64,000 nucleotides of DNA from Felis catus (taxonomy: Eukaryota): positions 130,698,001 to 130,762,000 of the forward strand of contig NC_058368.1 of NCBI RefSeq assembly GCF_018350175.1. The letters are read 5' to 3'. The translations under genes and the position numbers were made by a program. The notes below the pieces were generated by a model that saw only the letters and a list, made by a program, of their open reading frames with translations, made no database searches and was not told where the DNA came from. Shown here in pieces: positions 1-13,504 of this stretch (its first letter is position 1; each line of letters opens with the position of its first letter).

Positions 1-929
1 TGGAATTTAGGTTAATAAAAATTATATAAATTATTAGTATATGGTCACTAGATATGTGTTGAATAAGTGAAAAATATGAATTGAAGCATCTTCTAAATAA
101 GGTGTAAAAATTTCAATATCATTGCACATTTCATTGCTGTAGCATACCTTTACTGTTATTCACTTAAAACATTCACTGTGCATAGATCTTTAGTAAGAGT
201 CAAAAGCTTTGAAAATAGTCCATAGGCTTTACCTCCAAAATATAGAAGTCTTTTTATATATAATTTTGTTTTAAAATTGTTGGTAAGCCCAAATACTCTT
301 TGAAACCCTTTTCTACCTTGGGTCTTCTCTTCACAGAGTAGGGGTTCCAAACATCTCTTTTCCTACCTGTCTTTAAGTGGTTCCCTTTTGTTTTTTTCTC
401 TTATGTTGACTACAAAAATAAACATAGGTATTCAGCATTAACTTCTATGAAGAATAAAAATGTAGCTCAATGTAATGTCTCATTCTGATATGATGGTGTA
501 ATAGTTTCGGAAGAGTTTCCTGTAGGAAATATGGGGGAAACTTAAGGATATATTTAGAGGCTCAATTATTAAGTAGTAGCAATAAAAATCTCATCTAACA
601 GCTCAGAGTGTTTAAATGCAATAAATTCAGAGATAAAAAACTGGCAGGGTTTGAAAAAAAGATAATCTATGTAATTTGCATCAAGGAAGAGTAATCAAGG
701 AAAATAGGAGTAGCAAGACCAAGGTGAGGAACTAAGATCAAATACAACTGTCTAGGGAATGGGGTAGTGTTCTCCAACAGAGCCTCAACCAAATTAAAAA
801 GGCAACCAAGATGTGGAAGCAAATCTTATAATTAGATTGGCCTTCCTATGTCTCCATGAGGGTTCAGTGTGGTAAATCACTGCTCTCTTCCAGAAAGACT
901 GGTTGTTCATCAAATGGTTCATTTTGTAG

Positions 930-1560
930 CATTTATTTGTTCAGTGATTCATTCGTTTAGTCATCTCTTCAAAGATATTTACTGAGTATCTGCCAGGTGC
1001 CTAGAACTGTTGTAGGCAATGTATGTAGCCATGATCAAAACAAAAGGTCTATTCTCCTTGAGATTACGTTCTAGTGGTCATCTTTGGGTGAGAGACCATA
1101 AACACTTGCATAAATATATAGACATCACTGAGGGAAAACAAAGCAAGGTAACTGGATACAGATAAATGAAAAGAGAAAACTCTTTAAGTTGGTTGGGATA
1201 GGAGAGGTGTCAGGGTGGTCTTTCTGAATATAGATCATAAAGAAAGGAGAAATCAGACAGATGCTTAGGAGAAGAACTTTCCAGATATAGCAGAATACTA
1301 TTGACATTATTCCCTTGGAGGAAGAGGAGACGCAAAACTCCTAGATGGGAACTGTCTCCAAGATTGAGGGAGTTCAAGGAAATTAGTGTAGCTGGAATGG
1401 CAAAGGCAAAGGACTACGTATTAAGAGATGAAATATGCAAGGAAGTGGAGGGACAGATTAAGTAAGTCTTCATAGGGCTTTATCCCGGTAGACTGACGAG
1501 TCATTGTGGATTTTGAGAAGAGTAATATGATCTACTATTTTAAATAGAACACCTTGGTTG
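930..1560 (-). mobile_element. L2 LINE relic
   Basis: ttcattc...atttactgagtatctgccaggtgcc (reverse L2 3' end) followed by a purine-rich L2-like body. Confidence 0.6.
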
Positions 1561-1957
1561 TTCTGGCCCAAAACAGAAAGCAATCTGGGATTATTCTTAG
1601 TGCTCTAGGTTGGTAACTCATGTCTTTCATATCCCTGTCTTGATAGTCAGATACATGTTAACATTCTATCTTTATTTTCATGTTGTGGCTAGTCCTCTTG
1701 ATTTTCAATATCTCAAGGTGAAAGCATAACAATGGCCTTCTGTCAACCATTCTACCATGTTTATCTGTAAGGACCTTGGACAACTACTTAAACTAGTTTT
1801 CTTTAGTTGCAAATTGGAATTTCTGTATCTTTTTCACAGAAGTGTTCTAGGGTTTGATGGAGAAAATGTCTGTCAAGTATTTACTGTATTACCAAGCATA
1901 GAGCGGTGTTCCATAAATGCTTTTAATGGAATGATTATTAATATTATATCTCATTTA

Positions 1958-2398
1958 GGGGTGCCTGTGTGGCTCAATCATTAAGTGTCTGACTTTGGCT
2001 CAGTTCATGATCTTGAAGTCTGTGGATATGAGTCCGCGTGGGGCTCTGTGCTGACAGCTCAGGGCCTGGAGCCTGCTTCGGATTCTGTGTCTCCCTCTCT
2101 CTGTCTGCTCCTCCCCCCCCTCGTACTCTGTCTCTCTCTCTTAAAATTAAATAGACATTAAAAAAATTATATTACAGGGGCGCCTGGGTGGCTCAGCCGG
2201 TTAAGCGGCCGACTTCGGCTCAGGTCACTGTCTCGCGGTCCATGAGTTTGAGCCCCGCGTTGGGCTCTGTGCTGACGGCTCAGAGCCTGGAGCCTGTTTC
2301 AGATTCTGTGTCTCCCTCTCTCTCTGTCCCTCCTCTGTTCATGCTCTGTCTCTCTCTCTCTCAAAAATAAATAAACGTTAAAAAAATTAAAAAAAAAT
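1958..2398 (+). mobile_element. Two head-to-tail carnivore SINEs (1958-2167 and 2177-2398)
   Basis: GGGG(T/C)GCCTG heads, CT-rich linkers and A tails; outer direct repeat atatctc(a/g)ttta. Confidence 0.95.
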
Positions 2399-2519
2399 AT
2401 ATCTCGTTTATCTAGTGATACCACTATCTATTACCTTTATGACAAAAAGTATTATCGCACCATCTAAATGTTTCTCTGGATTCCAGTACTAATCTTCAAA
2501 AGGGAAAAGTGCTCATATT

Positions 2520-3110
2520 GTTTTCTTTGCAAGGCTTCAGTAGCTTACTAATGCATAGGAACAAAATGCAAACTCATTATATTGGCCTTAAAATACCCAG
2601 ATTGATCTGGAACTTGACTTTATTTTCTTTGTCATCCTCCATTACTCTCTTCACACAATAGGCTCCACCGACATTGCCTTTACCTGGGAACGTGACAAAC
2701 CCATTTCCATCTCAGGACTCCTACTTGCCACTCTTGCCTTAAGTCTTTGCAAAACTGGTCCCTTATTATTCAGAGCTCAAATCAGTGTTGCTTCTGCAAT
2801 AACTCCACCCTGACAGAATTATCTGAAATAATTTCTACCTCTCTATACATTATCTCTTGAAATATCTGTTTTAAGTTTCTTCCTAGAGCTTGACTATTTA
2901 AGTTTATTTAATTATTTGTTGATATGTTTATTAGCTGTCTTTGCTCATTGCAAAAATAAGCTTTTGTGAAGATCAGAACATCTTTTGCCTTGCTCAATGT
3001 TCACATCCTGAGACAAGGATGATACTAACACATGGTAAAGCTAGGTGAGTGAAACTGATACAGGTGAATAGAACTGAGTAACTATTTGTTGAATGGACAA
3101 ACAAATGAAT
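2520..3110 (+). mobile_element. L2 LINE relic (3' part)
   Basis: Ends with tatttgttgaatggacaaacaaatgaat, typical of the L2 3' terminus. Confidence 0.6.
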
Positions 3111-3974
3111 ATTACTCACAGGACACATCCTTGTTCTTTAGGGAGGAAAATCAAGGTTAAACAGAAACCTCAAAAGCTCTGGTAAGATTCATCACCTTCA
3201 CAGACATCTCAAAGGTATCTCCGTGCATCCTAATCTTCCTACCCACTCAATAATTATTCAGTGTATGTCTTCAAAAAAGATCTTCAATATGAAAAATTTC
3301 GAGTCCCAAATTTTATTTCTTAAAATAACATTTCTATATAAATGAATGGATAAAACGACATCACTTGTGTATTTCAGTATGTCTAATAGCTTGTGCCTTT
3401 ATTCAATAAACATCTACTAATACCTTGAATCCAGTTACTGCTATCTATTTAGAGTGCTAAAAAGATTTCATATGCAAATCATCCAACTCTATTCAATAGC
3501 AAAATGCATCTTAAAAAAGGGAGCAATCCAATCAATCAGTCACCTTGAGCCCGTAAGAGTTTTTTTTTTTTTTTAAATGGTTACCCACAGGAAGAAATAT
3601 ATTTACATTGATATTTAGTACACAAAAATATTTCTTTATGCATACTATTGACAGAAAACTTTTACATAATCTTATTCTGTGTGATACACTCTGGTATTTT
3701 TTATTCTATTATGTTCTCTTTCATTTGAAAAAAAGCGCAGCAGCCCTCTAAACTGATCTTGCGATCTACTAATTGGTAATGATCTATAGTTTGAAAACCT
3801 TCAACAATTTGAATAAAAAATATGGAAATTCCTATTTAGAAAAATACGTACATATAAAAAAGGGTATTCTTGATATTTATGATATTCACTTACCTACTGC
3901 CTTAGGTTGGATTGCTCAGAAACAAAACAAAATGCAATGATCGTACCTTTTGATTTTTGTGTGACTTAAACAAC

Positions 3975-4196
3975 TTTTTAATGTTTATTCTTGAAAGAGA
4001 GAGAGAGAGAGAGTGAGAGAGAGACCGAGTGTGGGTGGGGTAGGGGCAGAGAGAAAGGGAGACATAGAATCTGAACCAGGCTCCAGGCCCTGAGTTGTCA
4101 GCACAGAGCCTGATGCGGGGCTCGAACTCACTAACAGTGAGATCATGACCTAAGCCAAAGTCAGAAGCTCGCCTGATTGAGCCACCCAGGTGCCCC
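3975..4196 (-). mobile_element. Carnivore SINE
   Basis: Reverse SINE ending gccacccaggtgcccc. Confidence 0.95.
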
Positions 4197-4487
4197 TGCT
4201 TGACTTTAATAGTGTACAACATATTTTGTTTTCCAGAAACTGAAGCAAACATACTGTGTTGTTACAATATGGTTATGAAAAAATAGTACAAAATTTTCCA
4301 GAACACACACACACACAGTTACAGAATAAAGTGGAAAAAGAAGGAACAGGAGTGGGGACAACAAGGGAGAGGAAAGGAGAACTTCTCAAACAAAATCTCC
4401 TTGAAATGGCTTCATTCTATAGATATTTAGTTAGATTGATAAGCAAAATTATTAATTGTGTATGATGCAATTAAATTATATACTTGT

Positions 4488-4675
4488 GGGATGCCTTTGT
4501 GGCTCAATCAGTTAAGCGACCGACTTCAGGTCAGGTCATGATATCGTGGCTCATGAGTTTGCGCCCCATGTGCAAACAGCTCAGAACCTGGATCCGACTT
4601 TGGATTCTGTGTCTCCCTCTCTCTATGCCCCTTCCCCGCTCATGCTCTGTCTCTCAAAAATAAACATTTTTTTAA
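4488..4675 (+). mobile_element. Carnivore SINE (internally deleted)
   Basis: tggctcaatcagttaagcg...ctctcaaaaataaac. Confidence 0.9.
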
Positions 4676-4734
4676 ATTATATATTTGTATTTAGAAAATT
4701 TTTAGAGCATTTTTGATGTTCATATATGAAATGT

Positions 4735-5078
4735 TCATGGGTAGACAATCTCCTGAATTTTGTCAGGACAGAATAAAATGTACTCATGAGCCCCTGTGAC
4801 AATGCGCTCTGTATACGTAGAGCACTTATCACACCTATGCTGCTTCTCCCAAAAAATCTCTATTTCACTCTTAGCTGGAGGTTTAGGTAGCTGATCCCCT
4901 GGCAAGAGTTCATGTCTTTGAGCTTGTTCCTTTCCTATATCCTCCATAAGCCTCGGTTCTTTTGGAATTTGAAACACTCTTCCGTATCATGCAATTGCCT
5001 CTTCTCCAAAAGGGCACCATTATTAAGTAAGGTGATCATATGTATTCGTATACTTAGGGTAGTCTCTATTTAGGTCTA
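4735..5078 (-). pseudogene. Putative terminal pseudo-exon
   Basis: Acceptor ttttaacaattccAG; 344 nt = 2+342. One frame DLNRDYPKYTNTYDHLT**WCPFGEEAIA*YGRVFQIPKEPRLMEDIGKEQ...EIVYP* that includes ORF 4735..4977. Confidence 0.65.
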
Positions 5079-5392
5079 CTGGAATTGTTAAAACACTCCT
5101 TTGTACAACCAAAGTGGCACAGATTTTACAATATATCATATGAGCATTTACTGTATCGAAAAACATACTCCCCTGCCATCTCCCCTGTTTATAATAATTT
5201 AAAAAGCTATTATATAACGAGCAGTTGTCTCATGCTATCAACATCTATCTCACTTAATTCTTCCAATATTACTATGAATTAGATATATTTTTATCTCTGC
5301 TTCACAAACTAGGAAACCAAGGTGTGGAGGCAAATACATTTAGTCAAAGTGACTTAGACAGTGGAGGAGCCAGGATGAAAGTGAGACTTATG

Positions 5393-5706
5393 AAGCCACA
5401 CAGAGAAAGACAGATACCATATGTGTTCACTCTTAGGTGGATCCTGAGAAACTTAACAGGAACCCATGGGGGAGGGGAAAGAAAAAAAAAAAAGAGGTTA
5501 GAGTGGGAGAGAGCCAAAGCATAAGAGACTCTTAAAAACTGAGAACTGAGGGTTGATGGGGGGTGGGAGGGAGGGGAGGGTGGGTGATGGGTATTGAGGA
5601 GGGCACCTTTTGGTATGAGCACTGGGTGTTGTATGGAAACCAATTTGACAATAAATTTCATATATTAAAGAATAAATAAATAAATAAATAATAAAAAATA
5701 AAATAA
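5393..5706 (+). mobile_element. 5'-truncated felid-type L1 3' end inside a MIR
   Basis: L1 3' UTR with G-rich tract and (AAAT)n tail; 15-bp TSD aaagtgaga(c/t)ttatg at 5378-5392 and 5707-5721. Confidence 0.9.
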
Positions 5707-5923
5707 AAAGTGAGATTTATGGAGCACCTATTCTGCCTCCATCTGACTAGTGCAGACCACACTGTTGCTGCAGTGAGGTGCTGAGATTAGCAGAATAGCT
5801 GAGACAGAGTATCTAAGTGTAAACGGAAACACATTTTTTCTCCAGGGACTTTACCAAATCATTCCTTTGGTAAAGCTTCTTAAAGGAAAATATACTGTAT
5901 ATAGTAGTTACTTTCTCTTTTTA

Positions 5924-6135
5924 CTTTTTTTAACGTTTTATTTATTTTTGAGACAGAGAGAGACAGAGCATGAATGCGGGAGGGTCAGAGAGAGAGGGAG
6001 ACACAGAATCTGAAACAGGCTCCAGGCTCTGAGCTGTCAGCACAGAGCCCGATGCGGGGCTCGAACTCACGGACCACGAGATCATGACCTGAGCTGAAGT
6101 CGGACGCTTAACTGACTGAGCCACCCAGGCGCCCC
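5924..6135 (-). mobile_element. Felid SINE
   Basis: Near-consensus, CpG-rich, ends ccacccaggcgcccc. Confidence 0.95.
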
Positions 6136-6842
6136 ACTTTTTACTTTTACAGTCCTAATATACTATGGATAAGTTCAAAAATTAATTTTTGGGGTAGTCT
6201 TGTGTTTTTCGTAACAAGGTTCTATGGGGGAACATGTTATGAATTACAGACTTACAAATAAGTACTTAGAAAACAGGTCAATGTAAGTTTGGAACAGTGT
6301 CCGTCCGTGTTGGTGATGTATATGATGAAAACATGCAAAAATCCTGGGAGTTTTCTCAGACTTAAAACTGAACGTTCCAAACAAGCTGACAAAAATCTCA
6401 CTCTAATGGAGATGAATCATTTTTTGACCAAATGTCTTTTTATAGACAAAGAGTAAGTGTGTTAAGTTCATTAAGAATTCCAGAAGTGATTTACATACTA
6501 TTCTTAGATCAAGAAAAGTACACAGCGAATAAGGTGGCGGTACCTTAAATCCGGGTTGAAAGACCAAATGTTCATTAAAAATATTAACTTTGTCTTCTTA
6601 AATATGTTGGGTGCATTTTCTTAACTTTAATCAAGAGACCCCAGAACTCTTTATTTCGCCCTTTATTGGAACAACCAGGACTTTAGGAGAGATAATAAAA
6701 AAGCATACACTCATTTTAAAGTTGACACCTAATTCTTAGAACCCCTCAGAAGTGAAAAAGGAAAACTTTGCCATTAGCCCACTGTTAAACATGAAGAAAA
6801 AATTTGGTTGAGGAAAGGAGTCATTAAAACGGAGTTTGTTTG

Positions 6843-7060
6843 GGGGCACCTGGATGGTTCAGTCGGGTAAGTGTCCGATTTCAGCTCAAGTCATGATCTC
6901 TGGTTCGTGAGTTCGAGCCACACGTCAGGCTCTGTGCTGACCACTTGCTCAGAGCCTGGAGCCTGCTTCAGATTCTGTGTTTCCCTCTCCCTCTGCCCCT
7001 TCCCCCGCTCACACTCTGTCTCTCTCAAAAATAAAAAATAAAAACGTAAAAAATTTTTTT
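6843..7060 (+). mobile_element. Carnivore SINE
   Basis: ggggcacctggatggttcagtcgg head with A tail. Confidence 0.95.
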
Positions 7061-7773
7061 TAACTGAGTTTGTTTCCCATAATGATACCAACACTTCAGC
7101 AACTAATAGATGGAAATTATTTTGTCTTTAGTCTCATGTCAAGTCATTATGGGATTTGAATGGAAATTATTGACCAAATTTGATATGCTGTTTATCCCTT
7201 TCTTGTGACCTCAATTAATGACTAACTTAACCTTTTATGCAAAAAAGCTAAATTACCATTCCAGTGGTAGATGATTGGAAATGTGGTTCCCTCGTGGCAT
7301 TTTGATAGACACAAGCCTCTTAAGTACCTTAAATGTATAGGCACATGTTATTATATTAATTTTTGTAAGCCATCTAACTATATATTCTATGTTAAATATG
7401 ATTCAAACAATTTCAGTTTTCGTGTCTATATTTACTATATGCATTTGTATGTTTATTATTTCATGTATTTACTATTAATGCATGATGATTACCAGACCTA
7501 GAACCAATAAATCAATGACATATATTATATAGTAACACGAACTTGCAACCCAAACAATCTCCCCACTACACAAAAATAAAGAAGAGAGGAATAAATGAAA
7601 ATGAATCACTCCTTTGGGAAAACTTCTTAAAATGAAGCAATCCTGTGAGATATTTTCTGGTATGGTATAGCACAAAATAAAGTGCTTTGGGAGGGGAATA
7701 TGAGCCCTAGGTCTATCACTAACCCATTGGTGAAGCTTAAAAGATCTCTGAGGCTCTATTCTGTTATTTCGAA

Positions 7774-7974
7774 CAGAGATCAACAAACTACAGGGCTGTA
7801 CCTAGCCTGTTTTTGTTTTCATTCTGCAAACACCTCACTCGTTCACTTACTGTCTACAGCTACTTTCTCTCTTACACCGTAGAGTTGAATAGATATTACA
7901 GATATTGTATGGTCTGTAAAACCTAAAATATTTAACTATCTGGCCCTTTATGGAGGAAAACCTGTCAATCCTGA
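7774..7974 (+). mobile_element. MER58-like hAT DNA transposon
   Basis: caaactac...acctaaaatatttaactatctggcccttta resembles MER58A as I recall it. Confidence 0.7.
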
Positions 7975-8613
7975 TCTATAAAAATGAAGGATTATTTAAG
8001 TGTCTCTCTGATTTCAGGACTTTCAATTTCAGTACTAATTTTGTAATTAGATGGTTTTCAATGAGCAGATTCACTGTTTCACTTAAATGAAGTTTAAAAG
8101 AAATCTTCATATTGATTGATAACAATAGCAGTAAAAACAAAATAACGTCACTACATTCTGCAGCTGTAGTATTGATTGCCAAAGCTTGGAAGTTTAAATC
8201 TGCACTCTTCTTTTTAGAGAAAGAAAGGTGTTAGATATTGAACAAAGATTTTAAGACATCAAAAGTATAAAGAAGCAGTTGAAAAGCAAATAATTTTTTA
8301 TGATGCAATTTGGTGGAACTGTATGCCATGTGTAGGTGTCACCTAAATTCAACTCATTCTAAAAGCATCTTGTGTGCACAATGTTGAGCAACACAAATAA
8401 GAAACTGTAGAGGCAAAAACTATTTTTGCTGAATTGAAGCATGTTATAAAAAAAGTTTTAATATATTCCTTGTGGAAAAACATGTAAAATGTAGATGTCT
8501 TTCCATGTATTTTATGGGTAAATCTTGTTTTATTCTAAATTATGTTTTGCATTGTATCATAATCTGCTCAGTATTTAGAGTCTACAAAAGTTCCTATCTT
8601 GCTTTATGTGTAC

Positions 8614-8680
8614 CGCTTAGCAGATGTATCCTACACTGGGGACCACATAATTTGATGATTTCTAATGTCTTTTTCCAAAG
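8614..8680 (-). pseudogene. Candidate pseudo-exon (67 nt)
   Basis: Acceptor ttttattaccttatAG; open frame LWKKTLEIIKLCGPQCRIHLLS with phase-1 exit matching the 5078 exon; donor GCG|GTACAC is weak. Confidence 0.45.
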
Positions 8681-8822
8681 CTATAAGGTAATAAAATGCT
8701 CTCTTTGTAGAAATCCTCTTACTATACTATATTCTTGTCAAATTAATCAAATCACTTTCCAATATGGAATAAAAACACTTGGGATAAAGCAGATTTGATG
8801 GCCCATTAAACCAGAAGCTTAC

Positions 8823-8943
8823 TAAGAGTATATTCTATAAGCAGAATAATGTCTCATGCATAAATGCTCCACTGTATTTTCTGTATTCAAGAGCATGCAC
8901 TTGACTTTATGAATAGTGGGACTCCTTTACCTAAGCCCACTAT
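8823..8943 (-). pseudogene. Candidate pseudo-exon (121 nt)
   Basis: Acceptor T-run+catAG, donor TTA|GTAAGC; begins IVGLGKGVPLF in phase 0, matching the upstream exon; frame ambiguous afterwards. Confidence 0.55.
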
Positions 8944-10249
8944 CTATGAAAAAAAAAACTATATATGAAAATACTCATGAATGAACTAGCCACTTATCAA
9001 ATTAATACCTTCATACATCATTCTTATGTAAGATCTATCCCATAACACAGTGTCAAAGACTTTCTCAAGTCTTTCATTCAGAAAATATAATGCAAATCTC
9101 TTGAAAATTATAATCATAAATTTTAAAGAAAAATTACAAGATTTCATTAAGTTTACAAAAATGATGTTAGAGAATTATTTGAATAAAGTAGGACTTAGCA
9201 AATGAGGATATGTAAATTTCAACAGATTCCAATATGCTTACAACAAATAAACAACAAAAATAATAACTCAATAGGTACTTCAGTAGAATAATTTACCAAT
9301 ATATTGATATAGGACCATAGGGAAATTGATAACACTAAAATATTTTGTTTATATACTATTAAGTTAAAAAAAACATGAAGTAAATAATTTCTTGTTGCAT
9401 AATCACTATTTTTACAAGATTTATACAAAAGTAGCACTTTATTAAACTGTTTACTCCTAAAAATATAAAATGGGTTGAAAATATAGTGTTATACATATAA
9501 TAAAATGTTAATATTTAGTTTAACTTTTATTGTATGCCATAATCAAAACTTTTGTGTTTTCCATAATTTAGCATTTACCTAACCAAGTGTAGTTGCTATG
9601 TAGGGTATTTCTCTTATATATCAGACATTGAGCTAAATATTTCACGTATTTTGTCATGTTAACTCTAGTATTCACTATTATGCAACCTAACAAAAGCACC
9701 ACTATGTAAGGTTAGGAGTCTTTAGAAGAGATTCAGTAACTTGACAAAATTGCCAACTACACTTGGCCTATAATTCAAACACAGAATTACCTTTAATACA
9801 GTTTTGAATTCTTTCCATTTTTGCAGACTAGGTCACATTCAATTTTTTTACCAGTTTGCAGTGAATTCTCTCTTGTCTAAGGTTCTAAACTTCCTATCAT
9901 CACTCAGGCTAGAGAAAAACACACCATGCTTTTAAAAACATCTGTTGATGGAATAATACCACATCTGAGAAACAGAAGAATAATGATTTGTTATATCGTG
10001 TATGGGTAGAAATAGTTCTGTTCTCAAATAAGTTTATAATATTTTTAAATGAAGGAAAAGATAATTTCATCAAGTTATTAAAATAAATTCATTATATGCC
10101 TAATTATCTGTCCTATATTCCCTAAGACCATACCTGTAAATCAATTCTAATAAAATAGTTTGTAAAACAGATTTATGGAAAAATAATAGGTTATTATTTC
10201 ACTATAGCAAAATGATTATTTTGAAGCTCCTTGGAAAAAACAATAGATC

Positions 10250-11430
10250 GCCTTATATCTCTGGCTGTCTCAAAATAAACGGTCAAGGTCTTACTTTCCC
10301 TCTCGAAACAGTCACTGGGAACACAATCTATACGATAATTATTTTCAGATAATGTTCAAAAGCAAGTGCAGGAGTGACATCACTGAGACAATAGAAACAA
10401 GTAAGGTAAGTCCTATGATCTTCCTAGCTCTCTTTTTGGATGTACTTGGTGGAAGGTAGAACAAAAGGGCATGGGTACTCAAACAGAAGTTAGCTTATTT
10501 GAGAACACGGAAATAGGAGTTTGGAGTAAATTGGGAAGGGGAGCTTGCAGTAAATTGCACAAGGAATATTCACAAAGATAAACAATATTCTGTGCCATAA
10601 AATGAGCCTAGATAAATTTAAAGGGAATAAAATAATACTCTGACTTAAAATCAATAAAAAAATGAAAATGAACTAATATTTGGAAATTAAAATAGAAGTT
10701 TTAAAATATTAAGGTATATTAGAAAATATATTAAGCTCTATGATAATGATAACAAGACATGCCAAATTTTAAGTAATGTAGCCAAAGAAGTACATAGAGG
10801 TAAACTGATGGCTTTATATATTAATTACATTAGAAGAATTTAAAATTAAATGATCATGCTTCCATTTTAAAATTATTAAAGAAAAATAAAAGTATAGCTA
10901 GCATTGGTAAAAAGGAAAAAAATAAAATAAGAACAGCAATCAATACAATAGAAACAAATAAACACTAAAGAAAACCAATGACATCAAATCCTGAACCTTT
11001 GAAAACATTTTTAAAAACTTAAGTCTAACGAGACTGATAAAAAAAAAAAGTCAGATGGGGCGCCTGGGTGGCGCAGTCGGTTAAGCGTCCGACTTCAGCC
11101 AGGTCACGATCTCACGGTCCGTACGTTCGAGCCCCGCGTCAGGCTGTGGGTTGATGGCTCAGAGCCTGGAGCCTGTTTCCGATTCTGTGTCTCCCTCTCT
11201 CTCTGACCCTCCCGCATTCATGCTCTGTCTCTCTCTGTCTCAAAAATAAAAAAAAATAAAACGTTGAAAAAAAAATTAAAAAAAAAAAGGTCAGATACAA
11301 ATTATTAATATCAGTAACAAAAAAGGAGGTGTCATTAAAGTTATTACAGTTATTAAAATGTTAAGTGTGAATATTATGGACATTACACTAATAATGTTGA
11401 CTACTTACATGAAATGAAACACTTTATTGT
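10250..11430 (+). mobile_element. Ancient L1M fragments
   Basis: A-rich ORF2-like remnants (atttggaaattaaa...; aaattattaatatcag...). Confidence 0.65.
11057..11288 (+). mobile_element. Young felid SINE (SINEC_Fc-like) within the L1
   Basis: GGGGCGCCTGGGTGGCGCAGTCGGTTAAGCGTCCGACTTCAGCCAGG; flanking repeat A-run+gtcagat. Confidence 0.95.
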
Positions 11431-12875
11431 GATAGAAGACATCATTCACTCTAAAGTATAAAATGATTTTTATACCAAAATTATGAGCATGACAACTTAC
11501 AATTCCAAGGCATAGGAATTCAAAGAGACATTGACATAAACCACCAAATAGTCAAAAAATGGAAGGATGTTTTTAGAAGCATATTTTAACCACATAAGGA
11601 GATGTGCCCACATATTTATTGTAACATTCACAGAACACTTTTAATGACATGGGAAAATGTCTTTGGTATATTAAAAATGACACAAAAATTATGTATTTTA
11701 TGTATAAATCTGTATTTATGCATAAAGTATGATCTCACCAAAGACAAGTAAGACCTTCAGTTTTTATCTCATGGAACTTGTTCTAGTTAATTTTGGTTGG
11801 CCTTTTTTTTTTAGTGCAGGGTTTACTTTCTATCACTAGGGCCATGGAAAAAGGATTATTATTCAATATATTCAAAATATTATTCCTAAACAGGTGCAAC
11901 TGTATCAGTGCACTGAAATAAGAATGCAAGTTTTAAAGAACTGTATTTCTTAAATTATCTTTTTAGAATTAACTAATTAAAATATACTATCACTACTTCA
12001 CTAAAATTTATGATTTAATTTTAAGGATATAAGCTAAATATTTTGCCACTTTTTATTTTAAAATAATTTAAAAATCACAGAAATATTTCAAGAATAGTTT
12101 CAGAAAAACTGAATGCCACTTGTCCAGCTTTCAGAATGTTCACATGTTATCTCATGTGCTTTATTGTTTTCTCTCTCAAAAAATATATGTATACAAAGGA
12201 GAGAAGGGAGGTAGATACATTTGTGAACCAGTTGGATATATATAAAAAATGAACATAGACACAAATTTTAAAGCATACTTTATATTACTCTGAATTATCA
12301 TCTGGTTGGAAAGTAGGGACTTCTCACTGAACTTCAACTCTGAGATTAGTGTTAAGATTCCAAGTTCAAAGATTATTTACTAGAACTTCAACATAATGTG
12401 TCCTTTCCACAAAGGCTAAGGAAAAAGAAAATCAATAAAAGCTCCAAACAATCTTAAGTCTTTCTTGACAAATTTCTCTTCGAGCTAATAAAGAAGGAAA
12501 TACTGATAGTGGGATAGCCTTATCACAAATTTCCGTGAAATTCATGCAAAAGATTTTCCTAAGGAATTCAGATATCCAATTAAATCTATTATAAAAATAG
12601 AAGCAATGTGTTATAAAATAACAGATGAATAATCACAGTTTTATTTCACTGTGGTTTTCTTGAGAGACCAATTATTTTTATCCATAAGTCACTATGGTCT
12701 GAGTTAATAAGATTCAATGTGTTTACTCAGATAGTCATACAGTTACAGTACGCTTTGAATGAATACACTGGCAAAATGTCTTCATGCGTTGCTACCAGCA
12801 GAGAGCACTGCTATTAAATTACTCACTTCTCTCTACAACCTCTCCTCAAATTTAAGAAGTTGCTCAAGTTCTTAC

Positions 12876-12984
12876 GTTTTGATTTTTTACAGAGTCTAGG
12901 GCTTCTTTTATTCTGGCTCACATTATGACACGGCCAGCCTGCTATACACCCACATATCACTCAGCGGGAAGGCAAAACGGACAA
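12876..12984 (-). pseudogene. Pseudo-exon (109 nt, phase 2/0)
   Basis: aaattctctAG ... AAC|GTAAGA; CPFCLPAE*YVGV*QAGRVIM*ARIKEALDSVKNQN; the split codon AA|T joins it to the 15116 exon. Confidence 0.7.
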
Positions 12985-13198
12985 CTAGAGAATTTATTTC
13001 AATCAGCTGAGGGATTGAAATGAGACTACATAAATGAATCTTGATAAAACTAAATTAAGTAAATGTTTAAATGTCTCATTTGGAAAAACCTGAAATACCT
13101 ACTGTCAAAGTCTGATATATTTTTAATTGGCAAATTCAGTTGTACTTAATAAGGATGAGGATTTTGTTATATAAGAACTACATTTACATGTATATAAA

Positions 13199-13287
13199 TG
13201 TATGTATTATATATATACATATATACATATATATGCACATATATATGTGTGTGTATATGTATGTGTGTGTGTGTGTGTGTATATATA
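13199..13287. repeat. (TA)n/(TG)n compound microsatellite
   Basis: Seen directly. Confidence 0.9.
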
Positions 13288-13504
13288 ACAGTATTTGCAA
13301 GTCCTCTATATAATAACATTTTAAGGGTGACAAGATGTATTATCACCATTTTTATGTTCCATCTTGTATGGAATTTCACTTACCTAGGTAAGGTCTGTCC
13401 CTTCCCTAAATCACCACCTTCACCCTGGTTCTAATAATTAAATGGAGAAGGGGAAAAGCAATGTCTATCTTTGTACAAACATGACAGGAATACACTGGCC
13501 AACC

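Noticed and set aside
2188..2370. Recurring ORF family MAQ(S/P)VKRPTSAQV... (also 5942, 38051, 44110, 56950, 59603)
   Set aside because: These are translations of carnivore SINE copies, not a gene family.
3894..3914. Perfect minus-strand donor AG|GTAAGT with a possible 21-nt exon
   Set aside because: The acceptor is a weak GAG and it lies past the inferred terminal stop; unsupported.
6446..6452. Plus-strand 7-nt micro-exon pattern (tttttatag|acaaaga|gtaagt)
   Set aside because: Isolated; I found no plus-strand exon chain.
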